From contig CAYVBN010000353.1 in NCBI GenBank assembly GCA_964449645.1, positions 1-31,967 on the forward strand: DNA of 31,967 nt, given 5' to 3'. Made by a program: the position numbers and the translations under genes. Below, piece by piece: positions 1-8,849 of the stretch. Every line of letters starts with the position of its first letter. The first letter of the stretch is position 1. The DNA comes from an uncultured Hyphomicrobiales bacterium. GTDB taxonomy: Bacteria; Pseudomonadota; Alphaproteobacteria; Rhizobiales; Xanthobacteraceae. Below the pieces are notes generated by a model, which did no database searches, was not told where the DNA came from, and saw only the letters and a list, made by a program, of their open reading frames with translations.

Positions 1-2
1 GT

Positions 3-1382
3 CCCTGGATCGACTGGATCCACACCGCGCGCGACCAGGGCGCGCTGGTGCGCGACTTCACCAAGTGGGACGACCAGCCCGCCTCCCCGGCGGCCGCCCG
101 CGAGGCGCTGCTGCGCGCCGCCTGGATCGCCAACACCACGCCGAAGGGGCCGGTCTACGTCAACCTCGATGCCGAGATGCAGGAGGCGAAGCTCACCGAG
201 GAACTGCCGCCGATCGATGTGTCCCGTTTCATGCCGCAGGCGGACAGCGCAGCGCCCGCCGACCTCCTGCGCAAGGCCGTCGATCTCCTGCGCGGCGCCA
301 AGCGCCCGATCATCCTTTCGGGGCGCGCCTCGCGCGACATCGAGGCCTGGAACGCCCGTGTCGCGCTCGCCGAGACCCTGAACGCCCGGGTCCTGACCGA
401 CCTCAAGATCGGCGCGAGCTTCCCCACCACGCACCCGCTGCACGCCGGGGCTCCCAACATCATGCCGGCCGACGCAATCAAGACGCTGCAGGATGCCGAC
501 GTCGTGCTCAGCCTCGACTGGGTCGACCTCGCCGGCGTGCTGCGGGCGACCGGCCTGTCGGGCGCGAAGGTCATCCACGTCTCGCTCGACCACCGCATCC
601 ACAAGGGCTGGAACATGGACTACCAGGCTCTACCGCCGGTCGACGTGCTGCTCGCGGCCGTGCCGGAGATCGTCGTGCCGGACCTGCTCACGGCTCTGGG
701 CGGGCCCAAGGCCGCGAAGGCGGCCGCCCCGGCCCGGCCGGCGGCGGCCCCCCAGCTCGCTCCCGACCGCCTCACCACCGAGCATCTGGCGCGGGCGCTC
801 CATGGCGCGGTCGGCGGCCGGCCGACCTCGCTGCTGCACATTCCGCTCTCCTGGGACGACAAGTGGTGGCCGTTCGAGCACCCGCTCGACTATCTCGGCT
901 CCGACGGCGGCGGCGGCGTCGGCGGCGGACCGGGAATGTCGGTCGGAGCAGCCCTGGCGCTCAAAGGGTCCGGCCGCCTGCCGGTCGCGATCTGCGGAGA
1001 CGGCGATTTCCTCATGGGCTGCACGGCGGTGTGGACGGCGGCGCATTACCGCATTCCCCTGCTCTTCGTGGTGTCGAACAATCGCTCGTTCTTCAACGAC
1101 GAAGTGCACCAGGAACGCGTCGCGCGCATGCGTCATCGCCCGGTCGAGAACAGGTGGATCGGCCAGCGCATGAGCGATCCGGAGGTCGACGTGGCCGGCA
1201 TCGCCCGCGCCCAGGGCGCGCGGGGCTTCGGTCCGATCACCCGGTCGGACGATCTGCCGGCGGTGTTCGCCGAAGCGATCAAGGCGGTCGATAACGGCGA
1301 GGTGGCGGTCGTCGACGTGCGGGTGGAACCGGGATATACCCCGATCATGATGGCAGCGATGACCCGCAGCAAAGCGGACTAG
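3..1382 (+). CDS. ThDP (TPP)-dependent enzyme, acetolactate synthase/benzoylformate decarboxylase superfamily; 5'-truncated by the window edge
   Basis: Frame is open from base 3 (PWIDWIHTARDQGALVRDFTKWDDQP...). It has the PKGPVYVNL motif and the C-terminal ThDP motif GDGDFLMG...SNN. Confidence 0.9.
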   Translation, partial: PWIDWIHTARDQGALVRDFTKWDDQPASPAAAREALLRAAWIANTTPKGPVYVNLDAEMQEAKLTEELPPIDVSRFMPQADSAAPADLLRKAVDLLRGAKRPIILSGRASRDIEAWNARVALAETLNARVLTDLKIGASFPTTHPLHAGAPNIMPADAIKTLQDADVVLSLDWVDLAGVLRATGLSGAKVIHVSLDHRIHKGWNMDYQALPPVDVLLAAVPEIVVPDLLTALGGPKAAKAAAPARPAAAPQLAPDRLTTEHLARALHGAVGGRPTSLLHIPLSWDDKWWPFEHPLDYLGSDGGGGVGGGPGMSVGAALALKGSGRLPVAICGDGDFLMGCTAVWTAAHYRIPLLFVVSNNRSFFNDEVHQERVARMRHRPVENRWIGQRMSDPEVDVAGIARAQGARGFGPITRSDDLPAVFAEAIKAVDNGEVAVVDVRVEPGYTPIMMAAMTRSKAD

Positions 1383-1419
1383 AATCCGAGTGACGATCGC
1401 GCAAACAGGGTAAGAGCTC

Positions 1420-2298
1420 ATGGACGCCGCATCGATACCGGCGGGGCGACTCGTCGAGAGGGCTTCGTCCGCACCAGCGGGTGACGCCATCCTCGTCGTC
1501 GACGACGTCGTCAAGCGCTTCGACACGCCGGAAGGGACGCTGACGGCGGTCGACCACATGTCGTTCACCGTCAAGCCCGGTGAATTCCTTGCCGTGATCG
1601 GTCCTTCCGGTTGCGGCAAGTCGACCCTGTTCAACATGATCGGCGGCCTGCTCGACGGCTACGAGGGCAAGGTGATGGTCGGAGGCGAACAGATCTCCGG
1701 TCCGCACGCCTCGATCGGAATGGTGTTCCAGGAGGAGTCCACCTTCCCCTGGCGCACCGTGATCGAGAACGTCGCCTTTCCGCTCGAGATCGCCGGCATC
1801 GGCAAGCAGCAGCGGTTCGAGAAGGCCAGGCACTTCATCTCGCTGGTCGGCCTCGGCGGCTTCGAGAACCGCTATCCGTCCGAACTCTCCGGCGGCATGC
1901 GCCAGCGCGTCGCCATTGCGCGGACGCTCGCTTCCGAACCGAAGATCCTCCTGATGGACGAGCCGTTCGCCTCGCTCGACGAGCAGACGCGTCTGCTGCT
2001 CGGCGACAAGGTGCTGCAGATCCAACAGGAGCTGCGGCAGACGACGCTGCTCATCACCCACAACATCACCGAGGCGGTGCAGCTCTCCGATCGCATCCTG
2101 GTCATGACGTACCGACCCGGACGGCTGAAACGCATCGTCGAGATCCACCTGCCCCGCCCGCGCAGCTCGGAGATCGTGTCGAGCGAAGCCTTCGGCCGCT
2201 ACGTCGCGCAGATCTGGAGCGATCTGCGCGAAGAGGCAAGCCGCGGCATGCGGGACGATGAATCGCGCGCGCGGCACAACGCCGAGCAGCGATCATGA
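1420..2298 (+). CDS. NitT/TauT-family ABC transporter ATP-binding protein
   Basis: Walker A GPSGCGKST, signature LSGGMRQ, Walker B ILLMDEPF and H-loop ITHN. Confidence 0.95.
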   Translation: MDAASIPAGRLVERASSAPAGDAILVVDDVVKRFDTPEGTLTAVDHMSFTVKPGEFLAVIGPSGCGKSTLFNMIGGLLDGYEGKVMVGGEQISGPHASIGMVFQEESTFPWRTVIENVAFPLEIAGIGKQQRFEKARHFISLVGLGGFENRYPSELSGGMRQRVAIARTLASEPKILLMDEPFASLDEQTRLLLGDKVLQIQQELRQTTLLITHNITEAVQLSDRILVMTYRPGRLKRIVEIHLPRPRSSEIVSSEAFGRYVAQIWSDLREEASRGMRDDESRARHNAEQRS

Positions 2299-3065
2299 CG
2301 AGCGCGGCGTCGGTGCGTGCCAGATATGCCCCGCTTCTGCTGGGGCTCGGCTCCGTCGTGGTGTTCTTCCTGCTCACTGAGCTTCTCATCCGGATCGGCG
2401 TCGTCAACCGCTACATCGTGCCGATGCCCTCGCAGGTGGCGGAGAGCTTCGAGCGGGTGATCCTCGAAGAGAACATCGTCGCCCGCTTCCGCCTGACGTT
2501 CCTCGAATGCCTCGCCGCCGGCGTCATGATCGCCGCCGTCGGGATCGCCTTCGGCATCCTGCTCTACCGCGTTCAGCTCCTGCGGGCCGCGTGCGAGACC
2601 TGGGTCGCCGCCTTCGCGTCGGCCCCGACCGTGCTGATGTATCCGCTGTTCCTGGTGATCTTCGGCCGCAGCGCCATGACGATCATCATGATGGGATTCG
2701 TCGCAGGGCTCCCCCCCGTCATTCTCAAGACGGTCGAAGGCCTCTCCGGCACGCGCCGCGTGCTGATCAATGTCGGACGCAGCTTCAAACTCACCCCGAC
2801 CCAGCAGTTCATCAAGATCCTGTTTCCGGCGGCCCTGCCGACGATCTTCGTCGGCCTTCGCCTCGGACTGATCTTCACGCTCATCAACGTGGTCGGCGTG
2901 GAGTTCCTCATCAATTTCGGCGGGCTCGGCCAGCTCATCAACGACCTCGCCGAGCGCTACGACCTGGCCGGGACCTACGCGGCGATCTGCTTCGTCATCC
3001 TGGTCAGCGTGTGCTTCTTCGTCGTCACCGAACGGATCGAACGATGGCTGACACCGGTCGACTGA
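2295..3065 (+). CDS. NitT/TauT-family ABC transporter permease
   Basis: Hydrophobic TM segments and an EAA-like loop (LINVGRSFKLT...FPAALP). ATGA overlap with the ATPase gene. Confidence 0.92.
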   Translation: MTSAASVRARYAPLLLGLGSVVVFFLLTELLIRIGVVNRYIVPMPSQVAESFERVILEENIVARFRLTFLECLAAGVMIAAVGIAFGILLYRVQLLRAACETWVAAFASAPTVLMYPLFLVIFGRSAMTIIMMGFVAGLPPVILKTVEGLSGTRRVLINVGRSFKLTPTQQFIKILFPAALPTIFVGLRLGLIFTLINVVGVEFLINFGGLGQLINDLAERYDLAGTYAAICFVILVSVCFFVVTERIERWLTPVD

Positions 3066-3838
3066 GCTACGTACGCGCGCCGACGATCTGGACGCATCCG
3101 ATCACGCAGGTGAGAATCGCCATCATCCTGGCGGTCCTTGTCATCTGGCAGCTCGTCGCCATGTCGGGCCTGCTCTACCGCGATGTCGTGCCCTCGCTGC
3201 TCGCGATCGGCACGGCGCTGGTGAAGCTCCTCTCGACGCCCGAATATTATTGGCACCTCGGCGTCACGGCCGGCGAGATCGGGACCGGACTTTTCATCGG
3301 CGGTCTCAGCGGTCTCGCCGCCGGGCTTCTGCTCGGCATCAACCGGCTGCTTGGCAAGGCATTCGAGCCCTACCTCTACTATCTCGGACCGACGCCGAAG
3401 ATCATCTTCTTCCCGATCATGATCATGTGGTTCGGGGTCGGGGGCGGCTCGAAGGTGGCGATGGGCGCCATCTCCTGCTTCTTCCCGATCGCGCTCTCGG
3501 CCGCCGCCGGCGTGCGGCGCGTCGACAAGGTGCTGATCCGGGTGGGCCACAGTTTCCGCGCCAACGCCTGGCAGATGGCGACCAAGATCTATCTGCCGGC
3601 GATGCGGCATCCGATCATCAACGGTGTCCGGCTCGGCCTCGGCGTCGCCATCATCGGCACGCTGCTGGCGGAGACCAAGCTTTCGAACCGCGGCATCGGC
3701 TTCCTCATCATCCAGGCCTACAGCCTGTTCGACATGCCGCGCATGTACGCCATGCTGATCGTCCTTTTCGTGCTCGCCATCGCGGCAAATGCATTGGTTG
3801 GCCGCCTTGGCGGTCTCGACTCCGTCCGACAATCCTGA
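3044..3838 (+). CDS. NitT/TauT-family ABC transporter permease (second)
   Basis: True start is inside track ORF 2507..3838, at ATG 3044 (MADTGRLSYV...). It has TM segments and an EAA-like loop (LIRVGHSFRAN...YLPAMR). Confidence 0.88.
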   Translation: MADTGRLSYVRAPTIWTHPITQVRIAIILAVLVIWQLVAMSGLLYRDVVPSLLAIGTALVKLLSTPEYYWHLGVTAGEIGTGLFIGGLSGLAAGLLLGINRLLGKAFEPYLYYLGPTPKIIFFPIMIMWFGVGGGSKVAMGAISCFFPIALSAAAGVRRVDKVLIRVGHSFRANAWQMATKIYLPAMRHPIINGVRLGLGVAIIGTLLAETKLSNRGIGFLIIQAYSLFDMPRMYAMLIVLFVLAIAANALVGRLGGLDSVRQS

Positions 3839-3867
3839 ACGCCAGAATCCAAGGGAAGGAACGAACG

Positions 3868-4830
3868 ATGAAACATTTCGCAAGGCTTTCGCTCGCCCTC
3901 GCGGCAGCCAGCCTTCTGACCGCCACGGCGGTCCAGGCCGCAGACACGGTCAAGCTCACGATCGGCCAGCGCGGGAACTGGGACACCGCCGTCCCTCAAC
4001 TCGGCACTAAGGCCGGCATCTTCAAGAAGCACGGGATCGAGCTGGAGATGATCTACACCTCCGGCAGCGGCGAAACCTTGCAGCCGGTGATTTCGGGCAG
4101 CGTCGACATCGGGCTCGCGGTCGGGACGCTCGGCGCGCTGGGTGCCTATGCCAAGGGCGCGCCGGTGCGCATCATCGGGGCTGAGGCGACCGGGGCGGCC
4201 GACTACTGGTACGCCAAGACGAGCTCGCCGATCAAAACTCTGAAGGACACCGATGGCAAGACCATCGCCTTCTCGACCAAGGGCTCCTCGACCGACAGCG
4301 TCGTGCGCGCCTTCATCAAGGAGTTCAATCTCAAGGCCACCCCGATGCCGACCGGCAATCCGTCGGCGACGCTGACCGCGGTCATGACCAATCAGGTCGA
4401 CGTCGGCTGGGCCGCGCCGCCCTTCGGGCTCAAGGAAATGGACGAAGGCAAGATCCGGCTCGTCGCTCGCGCGACGGACGCGGCCATCGTGCGCGGACAG
4501 ACGATCCGGACCATCGTCGCCAACGCGGACACGCTCGCCAAGCGCAAGGACGTCATCGCGCGCTTCATGGACGCCTACCGCGAGACCATCAACTACATGT
4601 ACAGCGACAATCCGCAGGTCATCAAAGACTACGCGGAGTTCGTCGGCATCCCCGAGCCGCTCGCCAAGCGCGTGCGCGACGACTTCTTCCCGAAATCCCT
4701 GGTCTGGCCCGATGAGATCAAGGGACTGGACACCCTGATGCAGGAAGCGGTCGAGCTGAAGTTCATCCCGCGGCCGCTCGCGAAGGACCAGATCGCCGAG
4801 GTGATCCAGATCCAGAAGTCCGCGAAGTAG
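3868..4830 (+). CDS. NitT/TauT (SsuA/THI5-like) ABC transporter substrate-binding protein
   Basis: ATG 3868 follows an AAGGA SD. Sec signal MKHFARLSLALAAASLLTATAVQA, with PBP2 features such as GKTIAFSTKGSST. Confidence 0.92.
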   Translation: MKHFARLSLALAAASLLTATAVQAADTVKLTIGQRGNWDTAVPQLGTKAGIFKKHGIELEMIYTSGSGETLQPVISGSVDIGLAVGTLGALGAYAKGAPVRIIGAEATGAADYWYAKTSSPIKTLKDTDGKTIAFSTKGSSTDSVVRAFIKEFNLKATPMPTGNPSATLTAVMTNQVDVGWAAPPFGLKEMDEGKIRLVARATDAAIVRGQTIRTIVANADTLAKRKDVIARFMDAYRETINYMYSDNPQVIKDYAEFVGIPEPLAKRVRDDFFPKSLVWPDEIKGLDTLMQEAVELKFIPRPLAKDQIAEVIQIQKSAK

Positions 4831-4848
4831 CCGCGGCAGCGCCGACGC

Positions 4849-4934
4849 GTGGGGCGGGTCAGCCGAAGGGGCGTGACCCGCCCCACTTTCAAGACATGCG
4901 ATAGGGCGGGTTGCGCTGCGCTGACCCGCCTTAC
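4849..4934. repeat. Inverted pair of REP-like palindromes (BIME-like doublet)
   Basis: GTGGGGCGGGTCA-gccgaaggggcg-TGACCCGCCCCAC (4849-4886; perfect 13-bp stem). A related copy lies on the minus strand at 4901-4934 (GTAAGGCGGGTCAGCGCAGCGCAACCCGCCCTAT). Confidence 0.8.
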
Positions 4935-5069
4935 AGCCCAGCCAGCCGAGCCCTGCACGGCCGGCAGAACGGCGCGGGCTTCGCCCGGGACACGACGCCG
5001 GATACCTCGTCGCTGCCCACCCTGCTCCGCAGGTTGACGCATCCGCCGCGAGGTGCTGCAAGTCGGTCG

Positions 5070-5987
5070 ATGCCGATCAAGATTCCCGACGATCTGCCCG
5101 CCCGCGCCACGCTCCAAGCCGAAGGCGTGATGGTGATGCGCGAATCCGACGCCGTGCGCCAGGATATCCGGCCCATGCGCATCGGGCTGCTCAACCTGAT
5201 GCCCAACAAGATCAAGACCGAGACGCAGTTCGCGCGCCTCCTGGGCGCGACGCCGCTGCAGGTGGAGCTGACCCTCGTCAAGATCACCAACCACGCGCCG
5301 CGCAACACGGCGCCCGAGCACATCACGTCGTTCTATCGCGACTTCGAGGATATCCAGTCGGAGCGCTTCGACGGCTTCATCGTCACCGGAGCGCCGGTGG
5401 AGACGCTGCCCTTCGAGCAGGTGACCTATTGGGATGAGCTGCGCCGCATCTTCGATTGGACGCAGACGCACGTCCACAGCTGCCTCAACATCTGCTGGGG
5501 CGCACAGGCCGCCGTTCACCACTTCCACAACATGCCCAAGTACGAGCTGCCCGAGAAGGTCTTCGGCGTCTTTCGTCACCGCAACCTCGCGCCGACCTCT
5601 CCATATCTGCGGGGCTTTTCCGACGACTTCTCGATTCCCGTGTCACGCTGGACCGAAGTGCGGCGCGAGGACCTGCCAGCGGATCGCAGCATGCGGGTGC
5701 TGATGGAATCGGACGAGGCGGGTCTGTGCCTGCTGGACGACCCCGCGCACCGGTCGCTTCATATGTTCAACCACATCGAGTACGACTCGACCTCGCTCGC
5801 CGACGAGTATTTCCGCGATCTCGCCGCCGGAAAATCCATCGCCATTCCGCGCAACTACTTCCCTGGCGACGACCCGCGCCGCAAGCCGGACAATCGCTGG
5901 CGCAGCCACGCGCACCTGCTGTTCGGCAACTGGATCAACCAGATCTACCAGACCACGCCATTCGACGTGGCACGGATCGAAAAGTAA
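5070..5987 (+). CDS. metA: Homoserine O-acyltransferase (MetA family), predicted O-acetyltransferase
   Basis: [11 protein letters not shown] start, [16 protein letters not shown], catalytic ICWGAQA and NHIEY, W+[10 protein letters not shown]. The ORF track's upstream extension to 4911 runs through repeats and is unlikely. Confidence 0.95.
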   Translation: MPIKIPDDLPARATLQAEGVMVMRESDAVRQDIRPMRIGLLNLMPNKIKTETQFARLLGATPLQVELTLVKITNHAPRNTAPEHITSFYRDFEDIQSERFDGFIVTGAPVETLPFEQVTYWDELRRIFDWTQTHVHSCLNICWGAQAAVHHFHNMPKYELPEKVFGVFRHRNLAPTSPYLRGFSDDFSIPVSRWTEVRREDLPADRSMRVLMESDEAGLCLLDDPAHRSLHMFNHIEYDSTSLADEYFRDLAAGKSIAIPRNYFPGDDPRRKPDNRWRSHAHLLFGNWINQIYQTTPFDVARIEK

Positions 5988-6002
5988 TCTCCCGGGTGAG
6001 CG

Positions 6003-6041
6003 GCTATCGACCGGGACAATGTTCCCGGCGTCCTCGATAGC
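6003..6041. terminator. Bulged hairpin downstream of metA, possible terminator
   Basis: GCTATCGA (6003-10) pairs with TCGATAGC (6034-41), and CCGGGA (6011-16) with TCCCGG (6023-28). There is no U-tract. Confidence 0.4.
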
Positions 6042-6205
6042 GTTCCCCGAATGCGGCGCAGCGCGCAGATAAGCATGCGCAGTCCGCGTAAAATTTGATT
6101 GCGTGGTGCGGCGCAGGTCTGGGATCCACGCCGCTGCACCGGAATATTTGGCTCCCGGGCCCGCAGTGCGGTACTCCGCACCGCGCTGCGCCCGGGACAC
6201 GACGC
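6042..6205. repeat. Degenerate palindromic/MITE-like intergenic repeat
   Basis: Imperfect terminal inverted repeat (GCGCAGCGC 6056-64 vs GCGCTGCGC 6183-91), ending in GCCCGGGACACGACGC, which also occurs at 4983-4998. It lies between convergent genes. Confidence 0.55.
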
Positions 6206-6378
6206 TGAGCTACTCAGGCCGCGGTGCATCGAGCCCCTCACCGCGGGGGCAGGCCGTAGGCCGCATGAGCTGAATGCGTAATGCGCCGCTCTTCCGCCAC
6301 GGCCACTGATATGGCGGATGACACCGCGCTCATCCGCCTGCCACGCCCGGAAGCAACCGCCAGGGCACCGACCAATAT

Positions 6379-7365
6379 TTACAGCTTGAACGTCTCGTAG
6401 GTCGCCGGGTGGAACATCTCGTCGACCGAGAGGAGACGCGGCGAGAGCCCCTGGGCATGGTGATGACGCAGGAACGTCTCGAGCGTCTTGCGGTTTGGAT
6501 CGACGCCGTAGGGCCAGAAGTCCTCGCCCATCAATTCGCGCGCGGCCTTGAGCTGCTCCTCGACGAACGGCAACGTGACCTTGGTGGCCGAGGTATCGCT
6601 GAGATGCTCGAGCGCCACGGCCTTCGACTGCTCGAACGCCTTGAGGACCGCGACCGGCAGCCACGGATGCTGCTCGGCCAGCGTCCGGCGCACGCCGATG
6701 AGATGCATGATCGGGAAGATGCCGGTGCGCTTGAAATAATCCTTGGCGGTCGCGGTCGGGTCACGGAACAGCCAGCCGACGTTCGGTTGGCCGCGCATCG
6801 ATGACGGGGGCCGCGGCGCGATGAAGCCGTCGATCTCGCCCTTGATGAGCAGTTCCGAAATGGTCGTTCCCTCGGGGGCATTGTCGAGGCGAACGCCCGG
6901 CGGCAAGTTGACGGTGATCTTCTCCGGGCGCCCGGCGTGCTCGATGCCGCCGCGAATCCAGTGAATGTCTGAGGGCTTGACGCCGTAGTCCTCTTCCAGG
7001 ATGGCGCGGGCCCAGACGTTGGCGGTGAGCTGATATTCGGGCAGGCCGACCTTGCGGCCCTTGAGGTCCTTCGGCTCCTTTATCCGATCGGTGCGGACGT
7101 AGATCGAGGTGTGGCGGAACGCCCGCGAGACGAATACCGGAACGCCGACGTAAGGGCACTCGCCGCGCGCCGTCTTCAGTGTGTAGCTGCTGAGCGAGAG
7201 CTCGCAGATGTCGAAATCCTGGCTGCGGAAGGCGCGGAAGAAGATCTCCTCCGGCGACAGCGTCATGAACACCGGGTCCACGCCGTCGATGCGCACGGCC
7301 CCGTCGATGAGCGGACGATTGCGGTCGTAGTCTCCGATGGCGATGGACAGGTTCAGCTTGGCCAT
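6379..7365 (-). CDS. 4,5-dihydroxyphthalate decarboxylase family protein (periplasmic-binding-protein fold, no signal peptide)
   Basis: MAKLNLSIAIGDYDRNRPLIDG...FDICELSLSSY...PVFVSRAFRH...GLPEYQLTA...FPIMHLIG...DFWPYG. Likely ATG at 7365. Confidence 0.8.
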   Translation of the reverse strand: MAKLNLSIAIGDYDRNRPLIDGAVRIDGVDPVFMTLSPEEIFFRAFRSQDFDICELSLSSYTLKTARGECPYVGVPVFVSRAFRHTSIYVRTDRIKEPKDLKGRKVGLPEYQLTANVWARAILEEDYGVKPSDIHWIRGGIEHAGRPEKITVNLPPGVRLDNAPEGTTISELLIKGEIDGFIAPRPPSSMRGQPNVGWLFRDPTATAKDYFKRTGIFPIMHLIGVRRTLAEQHPWLPVAVLKAFEQSKAVALEHLSDTSATKVTLPFVEEQLKAARELMGEDFWPYGVDPNRKTLETFLRHHHAQGLSPRLLSVDEMFHPATYETFKL

Positions 7366-7592
7366 TTCACACGTGTTCCTCGAACAGAAGCCTGGATTAT
7401 CTGCGGGCGGGGAATTCGCGCCGCCAGAGGGAGAATGCGCCGCAACATATCGACCGCAGACCGTTTGCGCCAGCGCCGGCCTGTGCCGCCGCTCCGTGCA
7501 CAAAACCGTGACGGAGGGAGCCGCCGGCTTGCCCCGGGCCGCGCGATGATATGATGAGCGCGGATTCGCAGATCCCTACGAGGGGGAGCACC

Positions 7593-8060
7593 ATGAACGG
7601 ACAGGTCGACCAGAAGTCCTTGATCATCCCGGGTCTTGCCGGACTCTATTCGTCCCTGGCGCCCTACGGTTATGCGCTGATCCGGTTCAGTGCCGGCGCC
7701 ATTCTCATGTATCACGGCTATGCCAAGCTTTTTAACGGGTTTGCGCCGGTCGTCGCCGACAAGGTGCTTGCCCCGATGGGCTTTCCGGCCCCGCTGGCGT
7801 GGGCCTATTGGCTCGGCATCCTCGAATTCTTCGGCGCCGGCCTGCTGGCGATCGGCTTCCTGACGCGCCCGATCGCCCTCATGCTCGCCGTTGAAATGGC
7901 GATCGTGACCTTCGTGTCGCATTGGGGGAACGGCTATTTCTTCTCGGCGCCGCGCGGCGGCTACGAGTATCCGCTGCTGCTGATGCTCCTCTACATCGGC
8001 ATCTTCATGCGCGGCGGCGGCCGCTGCTCGGTCGACCGGCTCATCGGCAAGGAATTCTGA
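7593..8060 (+). CDS. DoxX family membrane protein
   Basis: ATG follows a GGGGAG SD. Motifs LIRFSAGAILMYHGYAKL, LEFFGAGLLAIGFLTRPIA and GGYEYPLLL. Confidence 0.9.
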   Translation: MNGQVDQKSLIIPGLAGLYSSLAPYGYALIRFSAGAILMYHGYAKLFNGFAPVVADKVLAPMGFPAPLAWAYWLGILEFFGAGLLAIGFLTRPIALMLAVEMAIVTFVSHWGNGYFFSAPRGGYEYPLLLMLLYIGIFMRGGGRCSVDRLIGKEF

Positions 8061-8083
8061 ACAAGGAATTCTGATCACCGCGA

Positions 8084-8193
8084 TGGAGCACGTACCGATC
8101 GACTGAAGCGGAACGTGCTCCAAGACTCCTATCTGATTATTTGGCCGCATTTTCCACGGCGAACCGGTTCCCGCTTTGCCGGAAAATGCTTTG
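8084..8193. repeat. Two-hairpin Rhizobiales-type palindromic repeat (copy 1)
   Basis: TGGAGCACGT...ACGTGCTCCA (8084-8122) followed by GCATTTTCC...GGAAAATGC (8147-8189). It aligns by eye with 20346-20463. Confidence 0.75.
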
Positions 8194-8213
8194 ACTTGGA
8201 TTGGCTCGCCCGC

Positions 8214-8849
8214 TCAGGCGGGGCTTGCCCTCACCCCGAGGCCGCGCATGAAGCGCTCCCGGATCTGGACGGGATCGCGCTCGGTGGTGGCAACGGCGGG
8301 CGCGGAATCGATCCGCGCCGCGATGAAAGTCGGCCCGTCGTTCGCGAGCGCCTCGTCGACCAGGCGTTCGAAATCCGCTTCGTCCGCCGCCCACGCGCTG
8401 TTGGAAAGTCCGGACGCACGCGCCAGCGCCACGAAGTCCGCCCGCGCTGCCGCGGGCGTCGGCTGGTTGCCGGTGATCTGATAGATGCCGTTGTCCATCA
8501 CGATCACGGTGAGGTTCTTCGGAGCCAGCATGGCGATGGTCGTGAGCGACCCGAGCTGCATCAACAGTGAACCGTCGCCTTCGAGCGCGAACACGTGCCG
8601 GTGCGGCTGCGCCAGCGCCACCCCGAGAGCGATCGGCACGGCGAGCCCCATGCTGCCCAGCATGTAGAAGTTCTGCGCACGTCGGCCGGCGGCCCACAGG
8701 TCGAAATTGGTGTTGCCGATTCCGGCGACCACCGCCTCCTCGCGGTGCAGCTTCGCCACGAGCCGCTGCGTCAGCTCAAAGCGGTTGACCACCTTGGCAT
8801 TGTGGAAACCGGCGACCTGAGGCTCTCTGCGGTTCATCTCATGTCTCAC
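8214..8849 (-). CDS. ThDP-binding subunit, sulfopyruvate/phosphonopyruvate decarboxylase beta-like (ComE-like)
   Basis: NFYMLGSMGLAVPIALGVALA and GDGSLLMQLG...MDNG motifs. GTGA overlap with the upstream gene; alternative start ATG 8837. Confidence 0.85.
   Translation of the reverse strand: MRHEMNRREPQVAGFHNAKVVNRFELTQRLVAKLHREEAVVAGIGNTNFDLWAAGRRAQNFYMLGSMGLAVPIALGVALAQPHRHVFALEGDGSLLMQLGSLTTIAMLAPKNLTVIVMDNGIYQITGNQPTPAAARADFVALARASGLSNSAWAADEADFERLVDEALANDGPTFIAARIDSAPAVATTERDPVQIRERFMRGLGVRASPA

Noticed and set aside
3-1382. Idea that the first ThDP enzyme is sulfoacetaldehyde acetyltransferase (Xsc), completing a sulfonate pathway with the ComDE-like pair
   Set aside because: The C-terminal motifs do not resemble Xsc as I recall it, and no pta, sulfite exporter or sulfite dehydrogenase genes are present. 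Only a phylogeny could revive the idea.
4935-5069. SAM-II/SAM-SAH riboswitch expected upstream of alphaproteobacterial metA
   Set aside because: No recognisable consensus; the region consists of repeat remnants and a possible promoter.
4849-6205. Possible CRISPR array or integron attC sites among the palindromes
   Set aside because: No regularly spaced identical repeats with unique spacers, and no cas or integrase gene.
7370-7592. Hairpin CTCCGT...ACGGAG in the intergenic region before DoxX as a riboswitch
   Set aside because: Short GC stem with no recognisable aptamer consensus.
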